DNA of 64,000 nucleotides from Terriglobia bacterium (lineage in GTDB: Bacteria; Acidobacteriota; Terriglobia; Bryobacterales; JACQDG01). The stretch covers positions 4,695 through 68,694 of the forward strand of contig JBGPDC010000003.1 in NCBI GenBank assembly GCA_041482115.1, read 5' to 3'. Below are positions 28,664 to 38,983 of the stretch, piece after piece. How positions within the stretch are numbered: the stretch's first letter is position 1; the number at the start of each line of letters is the position of its first letter. Position numbers and translations under genes: made by a program. A model generated the notes under the pieces. That model saw only the letters and a list, made by a program, of their open reading frames with translations, had not been told where the DNA came from and did not search any database.

Positions 28664-29212
28664 ATGAAGGACCAGGCGAACGGCAAACGCGGGCAGCAAC
28701 GAGGGAACGCTAACGTGGAGTTTGCGCTGTGCGCGATCTTCATTATTTTCCTGATGATCTCGATGGTGGACATGGCGCGGGGTCTGTGGATTTACCATAC
28801 GCTGGCGGAAACAGTACGCGATGGGACACGCGCCTCGATTGTGCGCGGCAGCCGGTATGCGAACCCAAACACCAAGGTCCGGATGACGGATACCAAGCTG
28901 GCGGACACTCTCAGCGTGATGCGGAAATTCGCCATTGGGCTCGACTCCGCTGTCTTGGACGTGGTGTTCGAGACGGTCAACCCCAACACCGGGGTGGCTA
29001 CAACTTACGCTACCTGCAAGGCGAATGGAACTGGTTGCGCTGCGACCCAACCCTGGCCGCCGGACGCGTTCGACACGGCCGGCCAGGTCATTGGCATAAC
29101 GGCACGCTATCCATACAACTCCATGGTGGTGATGTATTTCCCAGGGATGAAAGGTGTGCAATTTGGCAAGTACGTGCTCGGCAGCACGTCGCGGGCAAGC
29201 ATTGTTTTTTAG
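28664..29212 (+). CDS. TadE-like pseudopilin 2 (TadE/TadF class)
   Basis: ...QRGNANVEFALCAIFIIFLMISMVD is a TadE-like N-terminal motif. Confidence 0.75.
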   Translation: MKDQANGKRGQQRGNANVEFALCAIFIIFLMISMVDMARGLWIYHTLAETVRDGTRASIVRGSRYANPNTKVRMTDTKLADTLSVMRKFAIGLDSAVLDVVFETVNPNTGVATTYATCKANGTGCAATQPWPPDAFDTAGQVIGITARYPYNSMVVMYFPGMKGVQFGKYVLGSTSRASIVF

Positions 29213-29240
29213 GCGGAGGGCCTCAGTGGAGGAAGCTGCC

Positions 29241-31067
29241 ATGAAGAGACAGATCCGAAGCGGGCGGACGGGCTCGGTCATCGTGATGGTCACCGTTGCA
29301 GCGCTGCTGTTGTTCGGCATTGTCGGCATCGTCGTCGACATCGGGTTGGCCTATTACTACAGGCGGGCGGCCCAGGCGTCGGCCGACGCAGCGGCCCAAG
29401 CGGGAGCCAAGAATGCGTACGAGCAGGGCCTGGCCAAGGGTAATTTCACCAGCATCGACGGCGCCCAGGTTCAGGCTGCGGCGATTAAATACGGTACCTT
29501 GAACGGCTTCACGGATGGAGGCGACAACAGTAGACAGACGGTCGTGATCACGTCGGGTACGGATAAGAGTGGCCTTCCGGGAGACCTCAACAACCTCAAT
29601 ATCTACTACTGGGTCCAGGCGCAGGTGAAGACCAAAGTTAACTCGCTCTTCATTACGGCGGCTGGCGGAGGGGACAAACTGGAATCCGGAGCGGTCGCAA
29701 TCGCCGCCGTCCTGCAAGCACCTTTGTTGGGATCCGTTTATGTTCTAGACCGCGCTTGTGAACCACTGGCTGGAGGCGCCTTCGATTGTTCCACTGCGAA
29801 ACAGGACAACGCGGGCCTGGGCAAGGGCGTGGACGTATTTCGAAGCGGAAACGGCTCGATCACGGTGGACGGCGGGGTCTTCATCAATTCGTCGGCGAAT
29901 AACAATGGTCCGAGTGGGAATCCACCAGGGCCTGTTTCTAAGAATTACGCCCTCGAACAAAACGGAAGCCCGAACAATTTGCCGATCGTCGCGCCACTCA
30001 TTCAGTTTGCGTGGGACGGCAATTACAAGGGGGCGCCGGACCCGAAGTCCGGTCTGACGTACACCAACGGCCCGCAGGTCCCGGATCCGACGTACAGCAT
30101 GAACGTCAACGGTAAGCAGCCGACGGTCAAGACGGTAACCGACCTGGTGACGTCGTCGACGCCGATTTACGGTGTCGTCGGCAACGCCCTCAGCGGGACC
30201 TTCGGCCCTGGCGTGTATGTGGGTATCAACCCTCCGATAGTGGGCAATCCGATCACCTTTACCGGTGCGCCGATCCTGTTAAACGGCGTAACGTTTACAG
30301 GCACATCATCGACCAACAACACGTTCATCTTTCTCGGTGGAATGAAGGTGACTGATGCTACCTTCGCGCCCGGGATCTATGTCGCAGGAGGCGTGACTGG
30401 TAATAACTTTGCCCTGGATCTCGGTAAGGCGACCGCCAAGGACGGTGGAGGCGGCCAGTTCGGAGAGATGTTCCTGTTGACGAAGCCCGATTACCAGCCG
30501 ACTGCAAGCGCGACGAAACTCCTAGACCTTGCTCCTACCAATGGGCAATTTCCGATCCAGCCTATTGCGACCACCGGTACGGCAATTGGAGCCCTCCGCC
30601 AGGGGGATTTCACAACGGTAGCGACTTGGGGCTTCGGCTCGACCAATTTGAAATCGGGCCAGGGCAACGCCGACATTAATCTGACTGGTCTCAAGGGTCG
30701 TGCCGCCTGTGATGCGGGCGCGTGCCCGGCTGGTGATGCTGAACTGTATCTTTATCAGCCCGCTTTGTTGTGGCAGGATCGGCGCAACTGCGTCGGTGTG
30801 ATCCCGATACCCGGTTACACGCCCGGTCCCGGCTGCCAGGGTACTACGGACTCCGTCAAGATCACAGCCGACGCTTCCTCGTTCGGGGGACTGAACGGGA
30901 TGATCTATCAGCCGCGAGGCGCTCTCTTCGACCTATCCGGGAACGGCACCAAGCAGGACGCCACCAAGCTCATTACGGGGGCAATAAGCCTAAGCGGCGG
31001 ACCGAACATCACTTTGACCCCCAATCCTACTTCGACCAATCAGATCATCGTTTCTCTAATTCGCTAG
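29241..31067 (+). CDS. tadG: TadG-like large pilus-associated protein
   Basis: ATG at 29241 is preceded by GGAGGAAG. MKRQIRSGRTGSVIVMVTVAALLLFGIVGIVVDIGLAYYYRRAAQASADAAA is a TadG N-terminal domain. The long G/T/N-rich extracellular part contains no vWA motif that I could recognise. Confidence 0.7.
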   Translation: MKRQIRSGRTGSVIVMVTVAALLLFGIVGIVVDIGLAYYYRRAAQASADAAAQAGAKNAYEQGLAKGNFTSIDGAQVQAAAIKYGTLNGFTDGGDNSRQTVVITSGTDKSGLPGDLNNLNIYYWVQAQVKTKVNSLFITAAGGGDKLESGAVAIAAVLQAPLLGSVYVLDRACEPLAGGAFDCSTAKQDNAGLGKGVDVFRSGNGSITVDGGVFINSSANNNGPSGNPPGPVSKNYALEQNGSPNNLPIVAPLIQFAWDGNYKGAPDPKSGLTYTNGPQVPDPTYSMNVNGKQPTVKTVTDLVTSSTPIYGVVGNALSGTFGPGVYVGINPPIVGNPITFTGAPILLNGVTFTGTSSTNNTFIFLGGMKVTDATFAPGIYVAGGVTGNNFALDLGKATAKDGGGGQFGEMFLLTKPDYQPTASATKLLDLAPTNGQFPIQPIATTGTAIGALRQGDFTTVATWGFGSTNLKSGQGNADINLTGLKGRAACDAGACPAGDAELYLYQPALLWQDRRNCVGVIPIPGYTPGPGCQGTTDSVKITADASSFGGLNGMIYQPRGALFDLSGNGTKQDATKLITGAISLSGGPNITLTPNPTSTNQIIVSLIR

Positions 31068-31070
31068 CCA

Positions 31071-32741
31071 ATGACCCAAGGCGCCACAATCCGGTCCCGG
31101 CTGTTTCCGTCGCTGAGCGACGTGGTGTTCTGCACCACGCTGCTGCTGCTGTTCCTCATGGCGGAAGGGGCGACGTCGCTGCTGAAGGATTCGGACACCG
31201 GCTGGCACATCCGGACCGGTCAGTGGATCCTGCAGCACCACGCTGTGCCGAGGCAGGACCTATTCTCGTTCAGCAAGCCCGGCGAGCCGTGGTTTGCCTG
31301 GGAGTGGGGGAGCGACGTGCTCTTCGCGCTGGTGCACCAGTACGCGGGTCTGGCGGGCGTGGCGCTGCTGGCGGGCGTGGTGATCGCGCTGCTCTACGCG
31401 CTGCTCTACCGGCTGATGCTCCGCCAGGGGGTCAACCTGGTGGTGGCCTTGCCCCTGGTGATGCTGGCCAGCTATGCCGGGTCGATCCACTGGCTGGCGC
31501 GGCCGCACATGTTTAGCTGGCTCTTTGGATTGCTCTTCTACTGGGTGCTGCTCGAGGTCCCGGTGGAACAGCCGCGCGTGTTCTGGCTGGTCCCGCTGAC
31601 GGCGTTATGGACCAACCTGCACGGGAGCTTCGTGCTGGGCCTGGTGCTGATCGCGGTATTCGCGGCGGGCGAGGTGGTGCGGGCGGCGGTCACGTCCGGC
31701 CAGGAGAGCGGGAACAGCCGGCGCGAGGCGCTGGGGCGGGCGGGCCGGTATGGCCTGCTGCTGGCGGCCTGCGCCGCAGCGAGCCTGGTGAACCCGTATT
31801 TCTTCCGGGTCCACCTGCACATCTTCAAGTACTTGCAGGACGACTACATCCTGAATCACATCGGCGAATTCTTCTCGCCGAACTTCCGGTTTACGCCGGC
31901 GAAGTTCTTCGAGGTCCTGCTGGTGCTGGGGGGTGGGGCGGCGGTGTGGGCGGTGCGGCGCGGGCGGTACGCGCAGGCGCTGCTGGTGGTGGCGTTCACC
32001 CACTTCAGCCTGCAATCCGCGCGGCACATTCCGCTCTATGCGATTTTCGTCGCGCCGGTGATCGGGGGCGCGCTCACCGAGGCGCTGGAGGCGGCGAAGA
32101 ATTCGGTGGGCCTTTCCGGCTGGCTGCGCTCCACGCTGGTGGGTTTCAAGAAGTTCGGCGACGATAATCGGCCCCTCGACTTGCGGCCGCGCGTCTATGC
32201 GCTGTCGGTCGTGGTTACGATTTTTACCTGCGCGCTGGTGATTCTCTCCACGCAGGCGGGGCGTCCTAAGGAGCTGCGGGCGCAGTTCAATCCCCAGCAA
32301 TTTCCCGCGCGGGCGGCCGATTACCTGGCCCTCTCCGGTCCGGATACGGATATCTTCACCACCGACCAGTGGGCCAGCTACCTGATTTACCGGTTCTATC
32401 CCCGGGTGCGGGTCTTTATGGACGGGCGGAGCGATTACTACGGCGCCGCGGTGGGCAACCTGTATCTGAACGTGATCGGCGTGCAGTACACGTGGGAAAA
32501 GACGCTGGACGACTACCGGGTTCGCACCGTGCTGCTGCCGGCCTCCGAGGGGCTGGCCGGGGCGATGAAGGAATCCCGCCGCTGGCACGTGGACTACGAC
32601 GACGGCATAGCGATTTTGTTTTCGCGCACTGCGGAAGGACCGGCGCAACTGGCCGCCAACCGCGCGGACGACCGGACGAAGGAAGTCCGGCCAACTCTCA
32701 ACCCGGCGACGGCGTCTGGGGAGGCGCCGGACCGGCCCTAG
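31071..32741 (+). CDS. Polytopic (about 12+ TM) membrane protein, GT-C-fold glycosyltransferase-like, embedded in the tad operon
   Basis: Starts 3 nt after the tadG stop. Multi-TM protein with an acidic first-loop motif (LLKDSDTGWHIRTGQWIL...DLFSFSKPGEPWFAWEWG) and a roughly 170-aa soluble C-terminal domain. Assigned from architecture and motifs, not from a search. Confidence 0.5.
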   Translation: MTQGATIRSRLFPSLSDVVFCTTLLLLFLMAEGATSLLKDSDTGWHIRTGQWILQHHAVPRQDLFSFSKPGEPWFAWEWGSDVLFALVHQYAGLAGVALLAGVVIALLYALLYRLMLRQGVNLVVALPLVMLASYAGSIHWLARPHMFSWLFGLLFYWVLLEVPVEQPRVFWLVPLTALWTNLHGSFVLGLVLIAVFAAGEVVRAAVTSGQESGNSRREALGRAGRYGLLLAACAAASLVNPYFFRVHLHIFKYLQDDYILNHIGEFFSPNFRFTPAKFFEVLLVLGGGAAVWAVRRGRYAQALLVVAFTHFSLQSARHIPLYAIFVAPVIGGALTEALEAAKNSVGLSGWLRSTLVGFKKFGDDNRPLDLRPRVYALSVVVTIFTCALVILSTQAGRPKELRAQFNPQQFPARAADYLALSGPDTDIFTTDQWASYLIYRFYPRVRVFMDGRSDYYGAAVGNLYLNVIGVQYTWEKTLDDYRVRTVLLPASEGLAGAMKESRRWHVDYDDGIAILFSRTAEGPAQLAANRADDRTKEVRPTLNPATASGEAPDRP

Positions 32742-32772
32742 TTTTTTGATTTCGGTCAGTGAGGAGAATACT

Positions 32773-32964
32773 GTGAAGTTTTTCGCGCTAACTCGGAAGT
32801 TTCTAAAAGAAGAGGCGGGGCAGGACACGATGGAGTACACGCTGCTGCTGGGTTTTGTGGCCCTGGCGGCGGCGGCTATTTTCCCGATCGTCACCGACAG
32901 CATCAAGACGATCTGGAACGTGGCGAGCAACCACTTGTCCAACGCGGCCAAGGCGGCCTCTTAA
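32773..32964 (+). CDS. flp: Flp-family type IVb pilin, copy 1
   Basis: GTG at 32773 lies after GAGGAG. VKFFALTRKFLKEEAG/QDTMEYTLLLGFVALAAAAIFPIV... contains the Flp motif G-xxxxEY plus a hydrophobic helix. 63 aa. Confidence 0.85.
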   Translation: MKFFALTRKFLKEEAGQDTMEYTLLLGFVALAAAAIFPIVTDSIKTIWNVASNHLSNAAKAAS

Positions 32965-33137
32965 CGCCCGTGGTGGTGTTTTCGCGCGCTGCGGAAGGAC
33001 GGGCTCAACTGGCCGCCAACCGTAGCGCTTACGGCGGGACCCCCGCGGTCCAGCCAGCTTTCAACCCGGCGGCGGCGTCTGGGGAGGCGCCAGGCCGGCG
33101 GTAGTTTTCTGATTTCGGTCAGGGAGGAGAATCGGTT

Positions 33138-33329
33138 GTGAAGTTTATCGCGCTCACTCGAAAGTTTCTCAGAGATGAAGCTGGGCAAGACACGATGGAA
33201 TACACCCTGCTGCTGGGTTTTGTGGCCCTGGCGGCGGCGGCTATTTTCCCGATCGTCACCGACAGCATCAAGACGATCTGGAACGTGGCAAGCAACCACC
33301 TGTCGAATGCGGCTAAAGCGGCCGCCTAA
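33138..33329 (+). CDS. flp: Flp-family pilin, copy 2
   Basis: GTG start after GGGAGGAG. The predicted mature sequence is identical to copy 1 except for the last residue. Confidence 0.9.
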   Translation: MKFIALTRKFLRDEAGQDTMEYTLLLGFVALAAAAIFPIVTDSIKTIWNVASNHLSNAAKAAA

Positions 33330-33349
33330 CGCACCGGAAGGAGGTGGAC

Positions 33350-33541
33350 ATGTGGTTCTTGAAACGAACACGTGAGCTTCTCCAGCAGGAAGACGGGCAG
33401 GACACGATGGAATATACGCTGCTGCTGGCCTTTGTGGCTATGGCAGCAGCGGCTATCTTCCCCGTCGTTACGGACAGTATCAAGGTTATCTGGAACGTGA
33501 TGCGTAACCACCTGTCCAATACGGCCAAGGCGGCAAGCTAA
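33350..33541 (+). CDS. flp: Flp-family pilin, copy 3 (divergent)
   Basis: ATG at 33350 lies after GGAAGGAGG. MWFLKRTRELLQQEDG/QDTMEYTLLLAFVAMAAAAIFPVV.... About 6-7 substitutions in the mature part relative to the other copies. Confidence 0.85.
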   Translation: MWFLKRTRELLQQEDGQDTMEYTLLLAFVAMAAAAIFPVVTDSIKVIWNVMRNHLSNTAKAAS

Positions 33542-33649
33542 CTCCCGTCTTGACCACTAACCCTCAGGCGGCTGCTGGTGTCCGGTACGCAGGGGACGCT
33601 GCCAGCGGCCGGTAAGGCGGGAGCATCCCGCAGGAAAATGGGAGTTTAA

Positions 33650-33844
33650 ATGACACGATTACTTGTACACGGCAAGCGTTTTCTCCGGCAAGAAGACGGA
33701 CAGGACACGATGGAATACACGCTGCTGCTGGGTTTTGTGGCCCTGGCGGCGGCGGCTATTTTCCCGATCGTCACCGACAGCATCAAGACGATCTGGAACG
33801 TGGCGAGCAACCATCTGTCGAACGCGGCTAAAGCGGCGGCCTAG
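33650..33844 (+). CDS. flp: Flp-family pilin, copy 4
   Basis: MTRLLVHGKRFLRQEDG/QDTMEYTLLLGFVALAAAAIFPIV.... The mature part is identical to copy 2, but the leader differs. Confidence 0.85.
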   Translation: MTRLLVHGKRFLRQEDGQDTMEYTLLLGFVALAAAAIFPIVTDSIKTIWNVASNHLSNAAKAAA

Positions 33845-34059
33845 AACTGTTGTGGGACGTCGCCACGTGGTTGGAGAGCTGGCTGCAGGCCGTAGCAGGC
33901 AGCCAGCGGTGGTGGCAATTCTGAATCGTAGGGGAACATCCCCCGGTTCCCCCGCGGTCAGATGGACAGTGGGGCAGGCATGAGGCAAGTAGGCAGGCAG
34001 GTAAGCGAGAATCAGGCGTCCGGCGGCCGCATGGACCGCGGGACGGGAGCAGGTGAGAT

Positions 34060-34944
34060 ATGAACCGACGGTTAATGACCGTACTTGGGTTTGCATTTTT
34101 GGTGGCCCTGGGAGCGACGTTCCTGCTTTACGGGCTGATCGCGAGCCGGGTGCGGGGGAGCAATCAGCCGGTGGCGAACCAGCAGTTGATAGTCGCGGTT
34201 CGCGATTTGCAGCGCGGTGAGCTGATCAAAGATGCGGACCTCAAGACGGTAGCGTGGGGCTCTTCCGAATCGCCTAAAGGATCTTCTGCCGATCGCAATC
34301 TTCTCGTCGGGCGCGGCGTTATCAGCGAGATCGTCGCCGGCGAGCCTATCATCGACTCCCGGTTGGCGCCGAAGGATTCGGGCGCGGGCCTGGCGCCGGC
34401 GATTCCGATCGGCAAGCGGGCGGTCGCGCTCCGCGTCAACGATGTGGTGGGTGTCTCCGGCTACGTGCTGCCGGGCTCGCGCGTGGACGTGCTGATCACC
34501 GGCAATGCCCCCGGGCAGAACCCGCAAGGACCCGAGATCCGGACCATCCTCCAGAATGTGGAGGTGCTTTCGGCGGGCACGAACATCCAGCGCGACGCCG
34601 AGGGCAAGCCGATCCAGGTGCCGGTGATCACGGTGCTGGTGACGCCGGAAGACGCGGAAACGTTGAGCCTGGCGAGCAACGAGACGCGTATCCAACTGGT
34701 GCTGCGCAATCCGCTGGACGACCAGAAGGGGGAGTCGAAGGGCACCGCCGTGGGACGGCTGTTCAAGGGCGGGCCCGCGCCGGAAGACAAGGGGCCGCGG
34801 CGTCCGGCCGCGCCCAGGACGGTGGTGGTGAAGGCGCCGGAGCCCCCGCCGCCCCCGCCCCCCCCGCCGCCCATCGTGGTGGAACTGTTGAAGGGACCGA
34901 CGCGCAGCAGCCAGAATTTTGAGCCGGCGCCGGTAGCGCCGTAA
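34060..34944 (+). CDS. cpaB: Flp pilus assembly protein CpaB/RcpC
   Basis: N-terminal TM segment, SAF-like region (VAVRDLQRGELIKDADL), and RcpC beta-clip region (AVALRVNDVVGVSGYVLPGSRVDVL...VTVLVTPEDAETLSLA). Pro-rich tail. Confidence 0.9.
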   Translation: MNRRLMTVLGFAFLVALGATFLLYGLIASRVRGSNQPVANQQLIVAVRDLQRGELIKDADLKTVAWGSSESPKGSSADRNLLVGRGVISEIVAGEPIIDSRLAPKDSGAGLAPAIPIGKRAVALRVNDVVGVSGYVLPGSRVDVLITGNAPGQNPQGPEIRTILQNVEVLSAGTNIQRDAEGKPIQVPVITVLVTPEDAETLSLASNETRIQLVLRNPLDDQKGESKGTAVGRLFKGGPAPEDKGPRRPAAPRTVVVKAPEPPPPPPPPPPIVVELLKGPTRSSQNFEPAPVAP

Positions 34945-34983
34945 CGGACTGGGAGGCTGACGAGTGACGACAAGGAGCGCCGC

Positions 34984-36420
34984 GTGAGAAAGACGCGACT
35001 GGGATGGGCAGGGCTCGCACTTTTGATAGCTGTGGCAGTTCCCACGGCCGCTCGGGGCCAGGCGGCCGGGGAAACGCGGGAACTCTCCGTGCTGGCGGGC
35101 AAGTCGGTGATGATCGACTCGACCCCGGTGATCCAGCGCGTCTCAGTAGCCACGCCGGAGGTCGCCGACGCCATCGTGGTGAACCCGCACGAGGTCTTGA
35201 TCAACGGCCGCTCGGCGGGCGCCACCAGCCTGATCTTGTGGCAGGAAGGCGGCGGGCGTATTTTCTTCAACCTGGTGGTGAGGCTCGACTTGCAGCCGAC
35301 CCTGCAGCAGTTACAGGAGAGCTTTCCGGACGGCAACGTGCAGGCCACTTACGAGAACGGCACCTGGTTCCTGCGGGGAACCGTGCGCGATGCGACGGAG
35401 GCCGAGCGCGCCCAGGCCATCGTGGCCACCGCCGGAGGCGGAAGAGTCGTAAACCTGCTGCGGTTGCAGCCTCCGGCCGCCGAACCGCAGATCATGCTCA
35501 AGGTCCGCTTTGCCGACGTGGACCGGGCGGCGGTCCAGGACCTCGGGGTGAACCTCATCTCGAATGGGGCCCTGAATACGATCGGCACCATTCAGACCGG
35601 CCAGTTCGGCGCGATAACGCGGCCCAACGTCGGGGGCGCCACCGGCAGCGGCAACCAGCAGCCGTTCCTGGTGCAGGACCTGCTGAACATCTTCGCTTTT
35701 CGCCGCGACATCAACCTCGGCGCTACCATCCGCGCCTTGCAGCAGAAGCGGCTGCTGCAACTGCTGGCGGAGCCCAACCTGGTGACTTTGAACAACCGCG
35801 AGGCGAATTTCCTGGCGGGCGGCGAGTTCCCCTTCCCGGTAGTGCAGGGCGGGGCGGCGGCCGGGGCCGTCACCATCCAGTTCCGGGAGTTCGGCGTGCG
35901 GATCAACTTCCTGCCGAGCCTGACGCCCCGCAACACCATCCGGCTGCGGGTGCGGCCGGAGGTCAGCTCGCTCGATTTCAGCAACGCGATTACCATTTCC
36001 GGTTTCACCGTGCCGGCCATCTCCACGCGGCGGATCGATTCGGAGGTGGAACTGGCCGACGGACAAAGCTTCATTATCGGCGGCTTGCTCGACAACCGCA
36101 CGATTGAGTCGTTCACCAAGATTCCAGGGTTGGGGGACATCCCGATCCTGAAGAACCTGTTCCGGAGCCGGTCGGTGACCAAGAATAATTCGGAGCTGAT
36201 GGTGCTGGTGACGCTCGACCTGGTGCAGCCTTTCGAGGCCGGCCAGCCGCCGCCGCCTCCCAAGACCGACATGCCCTACCTGGAGATTCCGGGCCAGCAC
36301 CCGGTGACCAACCAGAAGGCCGCTGAGCCACTGGCGCCGCCCGCGCCCGCGCCGGCGCCCACGGCGGCCCCGGCGGCTCCGGCCCCGGCTCCGCCGCCGG
36401 CGCCAGGAGGTAACCGTTGA
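34984..36420 (+). CDS. cpaC: Tad secretin CpaC/RcpA
   Basis: Signal peptide, BON-like N-terminal domain and secretin core (LLAEPNLVTLNNREANFLAGGEFPFPV...GQSFIIGGLLDNR...IPGLGDIPILKNLFRS). GTG start after AAGGAG. Confidence 0.9.
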   Translation: MRKTRLGWAGLALLIAVAVPTAARGQAAGETRELSVLAGKSVMIDSTPVIQRVSVATPEVADAIVVNPHEVLINGRSAGATSLILWQEGGGRIFFNLVVRLDLQPTLQQLQESFPDGNVQATYENGTWFLRGTVRDATEAERAQAIVATAGGGRVVNLLRLQPPAAEPQIMLKVRFADVDRAAVQDLGVNLISNGALNTIGTIQTGQFGAITRPNVGGATGSGNQQPFLVQDLLNIFAFRRDINLGATIRALQQKRLLQLLAEPNLVTLNNREANFLAGGEFPFPVVQGGAAAGAVTIQFREFGVRINFLPSLTPRNTIRLRVRPEVSSLDFSNAITISGFTVPAISTRRIDSEVELADGQSFIIGGLLDNRTIESFTKIPGLGDIPILKNLFRSRSVTKNNSELMVLVTLDLVQPFEAGQPPPPPKTDMPYLEIPGQHPVTNQKAAEPLAPPAPAPAPTAAPAAPAPAPPPAPGGNR

Positions 36421-37583
36421 GACCCATTAGCGCCGCACTGGTCGTGGAGCGGCAGGCTTTCCGCACGCAGGTACTGGAGGAGTTGAAAGCCGCCCCAGTG
36501 CGGATCGTACTCGACCAGGGCGCTTTCGGCGCCTGGCAAGTCGTGCAGGAAAAGCTCCAGCGGCTGGCGCCGGACGTGGTGGTGGTGGACCTGTCGGATC
36601 AAACCGAAGACCGGTTTGAGTGCATCCGCCGGCTGCGGACGCTTTCTCAACCGCCCGCGGTAGTGGTGATCCACGATTCCGACGAGGCCGCGGTAATTCT
36701 GAAGGCCATGCGGGCTGGGGCGACGGAGTTCCTGACGGTGCCCCTGGAGGCCGGGAGTCTGCAGACGGCGCTCGATCGCATCGCCGCGCTGCTGCCGGGC
36801 CGGGAGGTCCACAGCGAGTCGGGAGGCCAGGTGCTGGCGTTTCTTTCGGTGAAGGGCGGGGCTGGCGCCACGACACTGGCTTGCGGAACGGCGGCCGTGC
36901 TCGGCAAGGGGGCCAGCCGGGAGGTCCTGCTCGCCGACCTCGATGTCGAAACCGGCAACGTGGCGTTCGCGATGAAGGCCAACTCGCACTACAGCATCCT
37001 GGACGCCTGTCGCAGTATCAGCCGGCTGGATGCGCACTACTGGAAGGGCATTATCTCGAACGGCCTGCCCGGCCTGCACATCCTGACGGCGCCGGCCGAC
37101 CCGCGGGCGATCGAGACCCCCCAGGGCGTGGAAGTGCGCCAGGTGCTGAACTTCGCGCGGACCCTCTACCCCTTCAGCGTCATTGACCTGCCGAGCCACC
37201 TCGGCCCGCTGACGCTGGCGGCGCTCGAGGACGCGGACCGGGCCTTCCTGATCACGACCACGGAACTACCCTCCCTGCACCTGGCCAAGCGGACCCTGCA
37301 GATGCTCTCCTTCCAGGGCTACCCCCAGCAGCGCCTGGCCCTGGTGCTCAATCGCGCTACGCGGCGGGATGAGGTGACCACGGAGGACATCGAGCGCAAC
37401 CTGGGCGTGCCGGTGTTCTGGCGGTTTCCCTTCGATGCGGAAGGCGTCAACGAGTTTTATGTGAAAGGCGGGACGATCGGGCCCAAGTCGGACCTGGGCC
37501 GGTCGATCCGCCAGTTTACGGAAAAGATCTCCGGCGCCCCGGCGCCCGCGGAGAAGACGAAGAAGTCGTTCCTAGGTATCTGA
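36417..37583 (+). CDS. cpaE: CpaE/TadZ: receiver-like N-domain fused to a MinD/ParA-type ATPase
   Basis: The TTG start overlaps the cpaC stop (TTGA) and lies after AGGAGG. Deviant Walker A VKGGAGATT. REC-like N-terminal part (VVVVDLSD...). Confidence 0.85.
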   Translation: MRPISAALVVERQAFRTQVLEELKAAPVRIVLDQGAFGAWQVVQEKLQRLAPDVVVVDLSDQTEDRFECIRRLRTLSQPPAVVVIHDSDEAAVILKAMRAGATEFLTVPLEAGSLQTALDRIAALLPGREVHSESGGQVLAFLSVKGGAGATTLACGTAAVLGKGASREVLLADLDVETGNVAFAMKANSHYSILDACRSISRLDAHYWKGIISNGLPGLHILTAPADPRAIETPQGVEVRQVLNFARTLYPFSVIDLPSHLGPLTLAALEDADRAFLITTTELPSLHLAKRTLQMLSFQGYPQQRLALVLNRATRRDEVTTEDIERNLGVPVFWRFPFDAEGVNEFYVKGGTIGPKSDLGRSIRQFTEKISGAPAPAEKTKKSFLGI

Positions 37584-37623
37584 CGACTGGGCAGTGGCGG
37601 GATGAAAACGCGAGGAGGCCATT

Positions 37624-38976
<1,353 letters not shown>

Positions 38977-38983
38977 AGGAGCT

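Larger units (their letters stand above)
32618..33335 (+). repeat. Tandem segmental duplication (two units of about 360 bp), each carrying the 3' end of the GT-C-like gene plus an flp gene
   Basis: Unit A starts at 32618 (gttttcgcgcactgcggaaggaccggcgcaactggccgccaaccg...). Unit B starts at 32978 (gttttcgcgcgctgcggaaggacgggctcaactggccgccaaccg...). Both continue through ...caacccggcg(a/g)cggcgtctggggaggcgcc..., tagtttt(t/c)tgatttcggtcag(t/g)gaggagaat and the flp coding sequence. Confidence 0.85.

Noticed and set aside
33962-34063. 33-codon upstream ORF (MDSGAGMRQVGRQ...) whose stop overlaps the cpaB ATG
   Set aside because: It has no Shine-Dalgarno sequence and an unremarkable hydrophilic sequence. 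Such short frames arise easily in GC-rich spacers.
33659-34096. 145-aa minus-strand ORF, and other antisense ORFs across the flp genes (32961-33371, 33313-33528)
   Set aside because: They are antisense to four clearly recognisable Flp pilin genes and have no motifs of their own.
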